A DNA stretch of 32,000 nucleotides, from positions 780,001 through 812,000 of the forward strand of contig NC_017856.1 in NCBI RefSeq assembly GCF_000260965.1. Reading direction: 5' to 3'. The position numbers and the translations under genes were made by a program. This DNA comes from Methylophaga frappieri. GTDB lineage: Bacteria; Pseudomonadota; Gammaproteobacteria; Nitrosococcales; Methylophagaceae. Under the pieces are notes generated by a model, which worked only from the letters and a program-made list of their open reading frames with translations, had not been told where the DNA came from and made no database searches. Positions 8,109-17,328 of the stretch are shown here, piece by piece; within the stretch, counting starts at the first letter, position 1; each line of letters opens with the position of its first letter.

Positions 8109-9439
8109 AACCGGGCATATTTTTTGAGAACGTTGAAATTTTCTCTGGCGAGTTGCTTCACTTCTGGAATACGATTTTCCAAGAACTGCTTATATTGATC
8201 TTTTTTTGTTAAGCAGCGTTTGATTGTTGCTTTTAGATCTTCACTCGAACATGGATTGGCAACATATTCGCTGACTCCAACCGTCTCTGCAAAACCAGAG
8301 AGTTTATGAGCCTTGGGCTCGTGACCATAATCAATAATAACCGTGGGAATATTTTGAGAAAGAGCAGCAACAGCAGCGTGTACCCGTCCACTGACAAGCA
8401 TATCGAGCTCTCTTACGATGCCTTTTATTTGCCAAGTATCGTAGACTTGATTGAGCACGCAAAAATCTTTGCTTATTCCTCTGTCTTTCAGCACTTTTTC
8501 AAGCTGCTTGATGGTGTCGTAATCACGGCCATGCTTAAGCCTAAAAGGGGCTGGTGGAATATCAAATCCATTAGAGTGTGACATCAAACAAACTTTCACA
8601 TTATTCTCTTCAGTGAGATATTCGACAGCTTCGGCAAAACGTGTGAACTCATCATCGACACGACCGGATTTGTCGAAAGGGCCCTCTTCAAAGTTCCAAC
8701 CACATAGGATGAAACCGACAATGGGCTTTTGTCGCCTCTGGCTAAAGAGTTCTTCCACTTCGGGTAATAGCTGGATATCCCTTTGAGGGGCAGGCTCAAA
8801 TAAAAACGCCGGACAAGCCAATGAGTGCGTTTTACTCGTATCGAACCCTTGTTCTTGGAGTAGTGTTGTACTAATGGGTTCACGGTTAGTCACTAACGAG
8901 AAATTTGCATAAACCTCTTTTGCCAACTTCAGATTTTTGTCGGAATTAAAAGGTCCGGGAGAACCAGCCAACATCACGACTGGTTTACCTATCAACTGGG
9001 CCACACGATCTTTCAGCAGACCAACCTCAAACCTATCTTGGCCAAGAAAGTCAGCATTATCTCCCCATATATCGCCACTGAAATCTATGACAAGGTCTGT
9101 ATCCAGTATTTCTCTTATAAATGGGGTTATCTCAGTTAACTCACCATTCCGATAGTAATGATTGGCAATTGAGAATTCTTTACGCGCGATTGCTAAATCG
9201 TCTGATGACCAACCGTAGTAAAACTCCATTGGAAGAACTGTAACACCCTCAGATTCACAGAATCTCGAACTCATCTGCATGGTTGTTTTTATTTTCGCCG
9301 CAGGAAAGACACGACGTAGCTCTCTTATGAACGGTTCGATAATGTAGTAATTGCCGACATTACCAAACTCCATCCTGCCCCAATGCAAAGTGCACTGACC
9401 AATAAGTAATATTTTCATGATGATTTTATGGTTCGTCAT
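8105..9439 (-). CDS. Polysaccharide pyruvyl transferase family protein
   Basis: 444-aa ORF (437 aa if it starts at M8, position 9418). It has MKILLIGQ...GNVGNYYI near the N-terminus and the C-terminal VSGRVHAAVAALSQNIPTVIIDY block typical of the WcaK/CsaB-type pyruvyl transferase family. Confidence 0.7.
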   Translation of the reverse strand: MTNHKIIMKILLIGQCTLHWGRMEFGNVGNYYIIEPFIRELRRVFPAAKIKTTMQMSSRFCESEGVTVLPMEFYYGWSSDDLAIARKEFSIANHYYRNGELTEITPFIREILDTDLVIDFSGDIWGDNADFLGQDRFEVGLLKDRVAQLIGKPVVMLAGSPGPFNSDKNLKLAKEVYANFSLVTNREPISTTLLQEQGFDTSKTHSLACPAFLFEPAPQRDIQLLPEVEELFSQRRQKPIVGFILCGWNFEEGPFDKSGRVDDEFTRFAEAVEYLTEENNVKVCLMSHSNGFDIPPAPFRLKHGRDYDTIKQLEKVLKDRGISKDFCVLNQVYDTWQIKGIVRELDMLVSGRVHAAVAALSQNIPTVIIDYGHEPKAHKLSGFAETVGVSEYVANPCSSEDLKATIKRCLTKKDQYKQFLENRIPEVKQLARENFNVLKKYARL

Positions 9440-10607
9440 GACTGATTAACAAAGTGCGAATTACTGTCGTAATAGTGTTTATCTCATCAATATTTAAGTT
9501 TGTTCCCGTTGGAAGAACTATCACGCGTTCTGAAATAGCCTGGGTGTTCGGCAACAGCATGCCAGCGTGAGGAAACAATAATTTGTATGGCTTCATGTTA
9601 TGACATCCCGGCCAGAAGTACTTTCGAGCAAGAATATTTTCAGCATGCAGGGCTTTAACAATGTCATCCCGTGAAACAGGACATGCCTCATCGACTTCCA
9701 TCACCACGTATTGGTAATTGTTTTTTTGCGCTTCATCGAAGCGGAAAATACTGATTCCCGGCAGCCGTTCGAGCCCTCGCTGATAGGCGAGGTAATTCGA
9801 TTTATTGTGTTCAATCACCGAGTCGAGATTATCCATATTGACCAGACCCATAGCGGCACAAATTTCTGTCAATTTGCCATTGGTGCCAGGGTAGATAACG
9901 TTGTCTACTCCACCAAAGCCAAAGTTACGCATCAGGCGCATTTTTTTGGCGAGTTCATCATTATTGGTAAGAACCGCGCCACCTTCGAAAGTATTGAACA
10001 ACTTGGTCGCGTGAAAGCTGAGCACTTCGGCTTCGCCAAAATTGCCCATAATTTTGCCTTTGTGAGAGTTACCAAAAGCGTGTGCGGCATCAAACATCAA
10101 CTTCAGGTTATGTTCATCTGCAATATTTTGTAATTCTTCTACCGGTGCTGCATGTCCCCAAAGGTGAACACCAATGATGCCACTTGTGTTGGGTGTGATC
10201 ATTTTTCGGACTGACTCAGGATCAAGGCAATGTGTCCCAGCGTCAATGTCTGCAAAAACCGGCGTGATCGCTTGCCAGTGCAGAGCATGCGCAGTGGCAA
10301 TGAAGGTGTATGAAGGAATGATAACTTCCCCCTTCAGTTCAAGGGCTCTAATAGCTATCTCAAGTGCAACCGTACCATTAGACATGGCAACACAATGTTT
10401 GACTCGGTGATGCTGCGCTATTCTCTGCTCAAGCTGTTGCACGAGTGGGCCGTTATTGCTGAGCCATTTGCTTTCAAATATATCTTCGACGTATTTAAGA
10501 AACTCATTCTTATCCCCCATATTAGGTCGCCCGACATGCAACTTTTCGCTAAAGGCTGGAGAAGCGCCATTTATGGCGAGATCTGCCGGACTATTTATTT
10601 TCTTCAT
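9426..10607 (-). CDS. DegT/DnrJ/EryC1/StrS-family PLP-dependent nucleotide-sugar aminotransferase
   Basis: 393-aa ORF with [23 protein letters not shown], and LSFHATK containing the expected PLP lysine. Confidence 0.9.
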   Translation of the reverse strand: MKKINSPADLAINGASPAFSEKLHVGRPNMGDKNEFLKYVEDIFESKWLSNNGPLVQQLEQRIAQHHRVKHCVAMSNGTVALEIAIRALELKGEVIIPSYTFIATAHALHWQAITPVFADIDAGTHCLDPESVRKMITPNTSGIIGVHLWGHAAPVEELQNIADEHNLKLMFDAAHAFGNSHKGKIMGNFGEAEVLSFHATKLFNTFEGGAVLTNNDELAKKMRLMRNFGFGGVDNVIYPGTNGKLTEICAAMGLVNMDNLDSVIEHNKSNYLAYQRGLERLPGISIFRFDEAQKNNYQYVVMEVDEACPVSRDDIVKALHAENILARKYFWPGCHNMKPYKLLFPHAGMLLPNTQAISERVIVLPTGTNLNIDEINTITTVIRTLLISHDEP

Positions 10608-10986
10608 TTTGCACTTCTTTGGGGTTGTGGTCGGAGACTGTCGCTGAAGAGTTACTTCTGAGCGACTCTTTTCTCAGCTCCTCTATTTCTATTTCAAGTT
10701 GCTCATACTCACGCATTTTTATTTTTAGAAACTTGGCGGTGATGGCTGCTTTGGCTTCAATACCTTTCGGCGTCAGCTTGTAGAGATAAGCAAGTTTGTT
10801 TTTGCTGTTTCGAAAGTTACTGGCTTTGACGATGCCTTTTTCTATCAGCGCCTTGATGCAGTAATTAGCTTTACCAAGACTGATACCCAGCTTTTCAGCC
10901 AGCTCACGCTGACTAATTTCGGGATTTTGCTCGATACTTTTTATGATTCGGTAACGCGTTTCGTCTGTAAGCATCCGTAAAACCAT
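10591..10986 (-). CDS. MarR-family, EPS-locus-associated transcriptional regulator
   Basis: The winged-helix core [66 protein letters not shown] resembles the EPS-associated MarR subfamily. The start is uncertain: ATGs at 11043, 10986 and 10974 are all in frame. Confidence 0.8.
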   Translation of the reverse strand: MVLRMLTDETRYRIIKSIEQNPEISQRELAEKLGISLGKANYCIKALIEKGIVKASNFRNSKNKLAYLYKLTPKGIEAKAAITAKFLKIKMREYEQLEIEIEELRKESLRSNSSATVSDHNPKEVQNEENK

Positions 10987-11005
10987 CTGTTCAATTGTTG
11001 AACAG
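10987..11005. promoter_or_regulatory. Perfect 8-bp inverted repeat CTGTTCAA-TTG-TTGAACAG, candidate MarR operator or translational hairpin
   Basis: Read directly from the sequence. It abuts the ATG at 10986 and lies 12 nt upstream of the ATG at 10974. MarR-family dimers typically bind short palindromes at their own promoters. Confidence 0.4.
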
Positions 11006-11147
11006 ACATTACAGCAGTTTCCCAACTTGGTAAATAATCCCAAATAAAAATAGGATTTTTTCCCAACAAAAAAGAGGGAATTAAAAATAATCTGACACTT
11101 GGGTTTGTAAAAATGTGGCGTGTTTGGTCAGGTGGCGGTCAATAACA

Positions 11148-11229
11148 GGCGGCATGAATGCCCTGAACGCGCCTCGTCATCCATGAAGAATCCGCTGCTC
11201 AGTTGATTTTGCTTGGCATCCATGCCGCT
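11148..11229 (-). repeat. Long inverted repeat / predicted RNA stem (15-nt arms, 52-nt interior) between ugd and the MarR gene
   Basis: Arm GGCGGCATGAATGCC (11148-11162) pairs with arm GGCATCCATGCCGCT (11215-11229): 13 Watson-Crick pairs. The single internal mismatch becomes a G-U wobble only in the minus-strand transcript. The interior contains a nested CTGAGC/GCGTTCAG pairing. Confidence 0.5.
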
Positions 11230-11284
11230 ATTGATAGTAGCTATCCAGCCTGCTTACGACAAGTAAGTCAGTGACATTGAGGAG

Positions 11285-12451
11285 TTAGTCCTGACCGAAT
11301 AAGTCGCGCGTATAAATTTTGTCGCGTACATCCATGATGTCATCGGTGAGCCGGTTGGCGATGATGACATCGGCGTCATTCTTAAATGTCGTCAAATCCC
11401 GCACTACCCGAGAGTTAAAAAAAGTGTCTTCCTTAAGTGCCGGCTCATAGAGGATAATCTCGACGCCTTTGGCTTTGATCCGCTTCATGACGCCTTGAAT
11501 TGCTGAGGCTCGAAAATTATCTGAGCCTTGTTTCATGACCAGCCGATAAATACCGACGGTTTTCGGCTTGAGTCGCAATACTTGCTCGGCAATAAAGTCT
11601 TTTCGCGTGGTGTTGGCATCGACAATCGCCCGAATCAAATTGTTAGGCACATTCTGATAATTGGCCAGCAACTGTTTGGTATCTTTCGGCAGGCAATAGC
11701 CACCGTAGCCAAATGAGGGGTTGTTGTAATGATTACCAATGCGCGGATCAAATCCGACGCCTTCAATGATTTGCCGGGTACTCAGGCCATGCATTTCGGC
11801 ATAGCTATCCAGTTCATTAAAATACGCCACGCGCATGGCGAGGTAAGTATTCGAAAACAACTTGATGGCTTCGGCTTCGGTTGCGTTGGTAAACAGTACT
11901 GGAATATCGGTCTTTACCGCGCCTGCAATCAGCAATTTGGCAAACTCATCAGCCCGTTCGCTTTGTTCACCCACCACAATGCGCGAGGGATACAAGTTGT
12001 CGTAAAGGGCTTTGCCCTCTCTTAAAAACTCAGGCGAAAAGAGAATATTTTCAGATTGAAACCGTTCAGCCAATGCCGACGTATAGCCTACAGGCACCGT
12101 CGACTTGATAACAATCACAGCATTCGGGTTAATCGCCAGTACATCAGCGACGACAGATTCAACACTGTGTGTATTGAAATAATTCGTATCAGGATCATAA
12201 TCGGTTGGCGTAGCGATAATGACAAAATCGGCATCTTGATACGCTTGAACTTTATCAAGGGTCGCGGTGAGATTTAGCGATTTATGCTGCAAGTAATACC
12301 GTATTTCAGCATCTTCAATCGGCGATTGCTGCTGATTGAGCAAATCGACTTTAGCCGCATCAATATCTAAGGCGACGACCTCGTTGTGTTGGGCAAGTAA
12401 GACTGCCAGCGATAAACCCACATAGCCGGTTCCGGCAACTGCTATTTTCAT
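11285..12451 (-). CDS. ugd: UDP-glucose 6-dehydrogenase
   Basis: [20 protein letters not shown] Rossmann N-terminus and the catalytic-Cys block [16 protein letters not shown] chose the start at the MKIAVAG methionine (12451); the ORF track begins at 12466. Confidence 0.92.
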   Translation of the reverse strand: MKIAVAGTGYVGLSLAVLLAQHNEVVALDIDAAKVDLLNQQQSPIEDAEIRYYLQHKSLNLTATLDKVQAYQDADFVIIATPTDYDPDTNYFNTHSVESVVADVLAINPNAVIVIKSTVPVGYTSALAERFQSENILFSPEFLREGKALYDNLYPSRIVVGEQSERADEFAKLLIAGAVKTDIPVLFTNATEAEAIKLFSNTYLAMRVAYFNELDSYAEMHGLSTRQIIEGVGFDPRIGNHYNNPSFGYGGYCLPKDTKQLLANYQNVPNNLIRAIVDANTTRKDFIAEQVLRLKPKTVGIYRLVMKQGSDNFRASAIQGVMKRIKAKGVEIILYEPALKEDTFFNSRVVRDLTTFKNDADVIIANRLTDDIMDVRDKIYTRDLFGQD

Positions 12452-12502
12452 TGCGTTATCCCGCAAACACTCATCTCAGCCAGTCAGTCTGACATAGCTA
12501 CA

Positions 12503-14404
12503 TTACTCAACTGTGACAGATTTGGCGAGATTACGTGGCTGATCGACATCAGTACCTTTAATTAACGCCACATGGTAGCTGAGTAGCTGCAATAAGATGT
12601 TATAGGTTATCGGCGCCGTGATACGGCCCACATTGGAAGTAGCTTTAACCACTTTAAAACTCGGTTCAGAGCTGAGATCTGAGTGTTCATCCTCAAAGAC
12701 AATCATTTGTCCGCCCCGGGCTTTGACTTCTTGCAAATTGGACTTCAGTTTTTCCAGCAAGTCATCCAGGGGCGCAATAGCAATAACCGGCATACTCTCA
12801 TCGATCAAGGCCAGCGGGCCATGCTTCAACTCCCCCGCCGGATAGGCCTCAGCATGGATGTAACTGATTTCTTTCAGCTTCAGCGCCCCTTCAAGGGCTA
12901 TCGGATACATGGTACCGCGACCTAAAAACAAGGCATGCTGTTTATCGGCAAAATCTCGTGCGATTTCCTGAATTTCAGCTTCATTGATTAGTGCTTGCTG
13001 GATCAGATTTGGCAATTTTTGCAGGCCCTGACTGATCAACCGTTCACGCTCACTGTCCACCCGGTTCTGGACTTTGCCAATACTGGTCAGCATCAAGGCC
13101 AGTGCCACCAACTGCGTGGTAAACGCTTTGGTCGAGGCGACCCCAATTTCCGGGCCCGCATGGGTTAAAAACACTAAATCGGCTTCGCGCGTCAGACTGC
13201 TCTCGGCAACATTACAGATACTTAAGGTCGATATATTATCCAAGCGCCGTTCTTGCCGTTTTCCATGCTGCCGTATTGCTTTAATTTGCTGCAGTGCCGC
13301 CAGCGTATCGGCGGTTTCCCCAGATTGGCTGATGGTGACAAATAGCGTGTTATTTTCAATGACTGGATTTCGATAGCGAAATTCACTGGCCACCTCAACC
13401 TGACACGGCAATCCAATAATATCCTCAGCCCAGTAACGTGCAACCAGCCCGGCATGGTAACTGGTGCCACAGGCAATAATATGAATGCGGTCAAGACGGT
13501 TGAAAATAGACTCTGCCAATGGCCCAAAACTGGAAACCAGCACCTGATCCTGAGTTAATCGACCTTCGAGGGTATCGACTACCGCCTGAGGCTGCTCAAA
13601 AATTTCCTTGTGCATGTAGTGGCGGTGCTCGCCAAGTTCGACTGAGGTGATATTGAGTGAAGATTCTTTCACGGGCCGAACAACGGGTTCACCTGTCTCT
13701 GACCGGAAAATATCGACTTTGTCACGGCTAATCCGTGCAATGTCGCCATCTTCAAGAAAAATAAAATTCTGGGTCACTGGCAATAACGCCGAAACATCCG
13801 AAGCAATAAAGTGTTCGCCAATCCCAATACCAATCACCAGCGGGCTCCCTTTTCGGGCGGCAATCAACGTTTCTGGATCATCGGTTGCCACCACCCCCAA
13901 GGCATAAGCACCTTGAAATTGCGCCAAGGCTTCCCGTACAGCAGACAGACTGTCTTGCAATGGCTTATCTGCCGTTGGCGACTGATACATGGCTTGATAA
14001 ATAGCGTGAGCAACAACTTCGGTATCCGTTTCAGAAGTGAATCGATAACCTTGCGCTTTTTGTTGTTGCTTGAGTGATTGGTAATTCTCAATAATGCCAT
14101 TATGAACTACCGCAACCCGATGATTGCAGATATGCGGATGGGCGTTGTGTTCCGCAGGAATACCATGAGTGGCCCAGCGCGTATGCGCGATGCCGACATG
14201 ACCAGAGAATGGTGAAGTCAACGCCTCGATTTTGTGTTCCAGCTGTTTTATTTTACCCAAGGAACGCACGCGCTCAAGCTGTTGTTCGGCAGTAATCAAT
14301 GCCAAACCCGAAGAATCATAGCCCCGATATTCCAGACGGCGTAAGCCCTCCATTAAAATTGGCGTTACGTTTCTTTCTGCAATACCACCGACAATGCCAC
14401 ACAC
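12503..14404 (-). CDS. glmS: Glutamine--fructose-6-phosphate aminotransferase (isomerising)
   Basis: N-terminal nucleophile MCGIVG, internal GVASTKAFTTQL, and the C-terminus PRNLAKSVTVE identical in pattern to E. coli GlmS. 633 aa. Confidence 0.95.
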   Translation of the reverse strand: MCGIVGGIAERNVTPILMEGLRRLEYRGYDSSGLALITAEQQLERVRSLGKIKQLEHKIEALTSPFSGHVGIAHTRWATHGIPAEHNAHPHICNHRVAVVHNGIIENYQSLKQQQKAQGYRFTSETDTEVVAHAIYQAMYQSPTADKPLQDSLSAVREALAQFQGAYALGVVATDDPETLIAARKGSPLVIGIGIGEHFIASDVSALLPVTQNFIFLEDGDIARISRDKVDIFRSETGEPVVRPVKESSLNITSVELGEHRHYMHKEIFEQPQAVVDTLEGRLTQDQVLVSSFGPLAESIFNRLDRIHIIACGTSYHAGLVARYWAEDIIGLPCQVEVASEFRYRNPVIENNTLFVTISQSGETADTLAALQQIKAIRQHGKRQERRLDNISTLSICNVAESSLTREADLVFLTHAGPEIGVASTKAFTTQLVALALMLTSIGKVQNRVDSERERLISQGLQKLPNLIQQALINEAEIQEIARDFADKQHALFLGRGTMYPIALEGALKLKEISYIHAEAYPAGELKHGPLALIDESMPVIAIAPLDDLLEKLKSNLQEVKARGGQMIVFEDEHSDLSSEPSFKVVKATSNVGRITAPITYNILLQLLSYHVALIKGTDVDQPRNLAKSVTVE

Positions 14405-14438
14405 AGCTAAATTCGTCCCCTGCTTTTATTAACTTTGA

Positions 14439-16394
14439 TTATACCTGACCTGACGCTGACATCGCCTGCTGACTCTGCAACCAATCTTCTGGATCGGATT
14501 GCGGCGTAAAACCATCAATATGCGTCAGCAACAAAGCACGAATCTGGCCGTAATCGTCCTGTTCAATCGCTGCCGACAGTTGGTCCAGAATGTCCTGCAA
14601 TACCGGCCAGATAATCACCTGTTCTTCGGCACGCATGATTTTAGGGTGTCTGGTAACAGCAACATGACTGCCAATCAGCAATTCTTCATAGAGCTTTTCA
14701 CCGGGCCGTAAACCGGTAAACTGAATTTCAATGTCGCCGTCAGGTCGGGTTTCGTCTCGGATCGACAAACCACTGAGATGCACCAATCGGCGCGCCAAAT
14801 CTATGATTTTTACCGGCTCACCCATATCCAGCACAAACACATCTCCGCCCTCACCCATCGCCCCAGCCTGAATAACCAACTCCGCGGCTTCGGGAATGGT
14901 CATAAAGTAGCGGATGATGTCAGGATGCGTGACTGTGACCGGCCCACCATTGGCAATTTGCTGGCGAAATAAGGGGATGACCGAACCTGACGAGCCAAGC
15001 ACATTACCAAATCGGACCATGGTAAAACGGGTGGCTGATTGCGGTTCATTGGTCGCCAGCGCCTGTAAAATCAATTCAGCAAATCGCTTACTTGCGCCCA
15101 TGGTATTCGTTGGCCGCACCGCTTTGTCAGTCGAAATCAATACCATCGTTTCGACTTCAGCTGCCATCGCTGCCAATGCCGTGTTCAGTGTCCCTAACAC
15201 ATTATTACGCACCCCTTCCGTGATGTTTTTTTCCACCATCGGCACATGCTTGTAGGCAGCGGCATGATAAATCGTTTGCACACCAAAATGCTGACAGGCC
15301 TTTTGCAACCGATTTTTATCCAGCACCGACCCTAACAGGCTGACAATCGGTACATCACGTCCCAGGTGGTGCAACGATTTTTCGATTTCATAAAGGGCAT
15401 ATTCGCTGATTTCATACAGCACCAGTTGTCTCGGCTGCTGCTGAATAATCTGCCGGCACAGCTCACTGCCAATCGATCCCCCAGCCCCGGTAACCATGAC
15501 GGTTTTATCGGTGATATTACGCGTTAACAACACGGTATCTGGCGCCACTGGCTCACGACCAAGTAAGTCGCCGATTTCCACCTCGCGAATATCCGAAACA
15601 CTGATTTTGCCCTGCGCGATTTCGCTCATGCCCGGCAAGGTGCGAATCCGGACAGGATAGCTCTCCAGTGTCTGTAAAATCTGCTGACGTTGTCGACGAG
15701 ATACCGAGGGCATGGCCAACAGTAATTCTGCTGTTTCAAAGCGCTTAATCAAGCTCGACAATGCGCTGGGCGCATAGACGGTTAGTCCATTAATTTGTTG
15801 ATGATGCAAAGTTTGATCGTCATCGATAAAAGCAACGGGCCGTAATTGATTACCCATTTTTAATATCGCCGCCAATTGGGCACCGGCTGCACCCGCACCA
15901 TAAATAATCACCGGCGGCAAAAACTCAGCTTGTTTTCGACGTTGCTCAGAGGAAATTTGCTGACGGGTAAACGCCCAACGCGCCATGATACGGCTGCCAC
16001 CGATCATCAAAACCAGCAAAATCGCGTTGATCGCATAAATGGTTCTGGGAACCAAACCCGCATATTCTCTTGCTAATAAAATGACCACAGCAAGAATGAG
16101 AGTATAGAGAGTGATAGCTTTTAATATTGCCCAAATGGCATCGAGGCCAATATAGCGAATCACCGTGCGATAAAGCCCGAAGCGAGCAAAAACAGGTATT
16201 GCTAACAGCGGCGACAGCAGGAATAACCACCATTGCTGCGGCGGCGGGGTATAAATCGTGCTCAGTCTGAGGCAATAGGCCAGCCATAAAGCCAGCATCA
16301 CCGCAGTATAATCAACGGACAACGTGATCAGTCGCTTGACCATGCGTGGCCGAGCTAAAAACCAGTCACTTAATCGAAGAGCTAAACGACGCAC
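14439..16394 (-). CDS. Membrane-anchored nucleotide-sugar 4,6-dehydratase, CapD/WbpM/PglF family
   Basis: 651-aa ORF with an N-terminal multi-TM region, two Rossmann-like regions (IIYGAGAAGAQL; VMVTGAGGSIGSELCRQI) and an extended-SDR core (AAYKHVP). Confidence 0.9.
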   Translation of the reverse strand: MRRLALRLSDWFLARPRMVKRLITLSVDYTAVMLALWLAYCLRLSTIYTPPPQQWWLFLLSPLLAIPVFARFGLYRTVIRYIGLDAIWAILKAITLYTLILAVVILLAREYAGLVPRTIYAINAILLVLMIGGSRIMARWAFTRQQISSEQRRKQAEFLPPVIIYGAGAAGAQLAAILKMGNQLRPVAFIDDDQTLHHQQINGLTVYAPSALSSLIKRFETAELLLAMPSVSRRQRQQILQTLESYPVRIRTLPGMSEIAQGKISVSDIREVEIGDLLGREPVAPDTVLLTRNITDKTVMVTGAGGSIGSELCRQIIQQQPRQLVLYEISEYALYEIEKSLHHLGRDVPIVSLLGSVLDKNRLQKACQHFGVQTIYHAAAYKHVPMVEKNITEGVRNNVLGTLNTALAAMAAEVETMVLISTDKAVRPTNTMGASKRFAELILQALATNEPQSATRFTMVRFGNVLGSSGSVIPLFRQQIANGGPVTVTHPDIIRYFMTIPEAAELVIQAGAMGEGGDVFVLDMGEPVKIIDLARRLVHLSGLSIRDETRPDGDIEIQFTGLRPGEKLYEELLIGSHVAVTRHPKIMRAEEQVIIWPVLQDILDQLSAAIEQDDYGQIRALLLTHIDGFTPQSDPEDWLQSQQAMSASGQV

Positions 16395-16467
16395 TATCAG
16401 AAGGGATCCCTGTCCGTTAGTAAACTGGCATTATTCCATGCCAAACTCACTGAACCCAAATGTTTCA

Positions 16468-17328
16468 TCATGGTAGGGCAACAGATTGTAATACCCACTG
16501 TAAACTCTGTCGCCAATCAGGCAAGCACAAGTCATAATGCTCTTTTAACTTTTGATTACTCAAGACCGAATAGGCTGGACGTTGGGCAATAGCAGGATAA
16601 TCGTTTGAAGTGACCGCTTCTAATAGAGGGATGTTGTGGCCCTGTTGACTTAACGCTTCAAAAATAGCTTTAGCAAATTGATACCAACTGGTTTGGCCCG
16701 AGGCAGATACATGGTAGATACCTGACTGCTGGAAGTGCCTCAGCATCTGCGCCGCAGTGTCAGCCAAATGACGACTCCAGGTAGGCGCACCGATCTGGTC
16801 ATCGACCACCGATAATGTGGATCGGGTTTTGGCAAGTTGGCGCATCGTGTTAAAAAAATTCTGCCCATTTTCGCCATATACCCAACCGGTTCTCAAAATC
16901 AGATGTTGGCATTGACTGGCCGTGATCGCCTGCTCACCGGCCAGTTTACTGGCGCCATATTGGTTGAGCGGCGCCGTCGGATCCGTTTCACGCCATGGTG
17001 TGGCACCTTGTCCGTTAAATACATAGTCGGTTGAAAAATGCAGTAGACGACCACCATTTTTCGCTAATGTCTCTGCCATAACAGCCGGTGCTAAAGCGTT
17101 GATTTGAGTGGCTAATGCCGGTTCTGACTCGGCTTTATCGACGGCGGTATAAGCCGCCGCATTGACAACCCAGTCTGGTTGCAACTGCTTAAGCAAAGAT
17201 TGAATCGCCTGACTATTGGCCAGATCCAGTTGGGCGCGGGTCAGAAAATGACAATCAGCGACAAGCGATAAGCTTCGTTGTAATTGCCAGCCCAACTGAC
17301 CAGAGGCACCCAGTAACAGAACTTTCAT
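16468..17328 (-). CDS. rfbD: dTDP-4-dehydrorhamnose reductase
   Basis: MKVLLLGASGQLG...NAAAYTAVDKAE...STDYVF...YGASKLAGE. It occupies the position after rfbC in an rfbBACD array. Confidence 0.9.
   Translation of the reverse strand: MKVLLLGASGQLGWQLQRSLSLVADCHFLTRAQLDLANSQAIQSLLKQLQPDWVVNAAAYTAVDKAESEPALATQINALAPAVMAETLAKNGGRLLHFSTDYVFNGQGATPWRETDPTAPLNQYGASKLAGEQAITASQCQHLILRTGWVYGENGQNFFNTMRQLAKTRSTLSVVDDQIGAPTWSRHLADTAAQMLRHFQQSGIYHVSASGQTSWYQFAKAIFEALSQQGHNIPLLEAVTSNDYPAIAQRPAYSVLSNQKLKEHYDLCLPDWRQSLQWVLQSVALP

Noticed and set aside
11128-11223. 31-aa minus-strand ORF (MDAKQNQLSSGFFMDDEARSGHSCRLLLTAT) spanning the long inverted repeat, considered as a possible leader peptide
   Set aside because: It has no SD-like sequence upstream and no regulatory codon run. 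The ATG is itself part of the stem arm. It is most simply explained as a chance ORF.
16425-16442. Small hairpin TGGCAT-TATTCC-ATGCCA between rfbD and the capD-like gene, considered as a terminator
   Set aside because: The stem is only 6 bp and no U-tract follows on the minus strand. The genes either side are probably co-transcribed.
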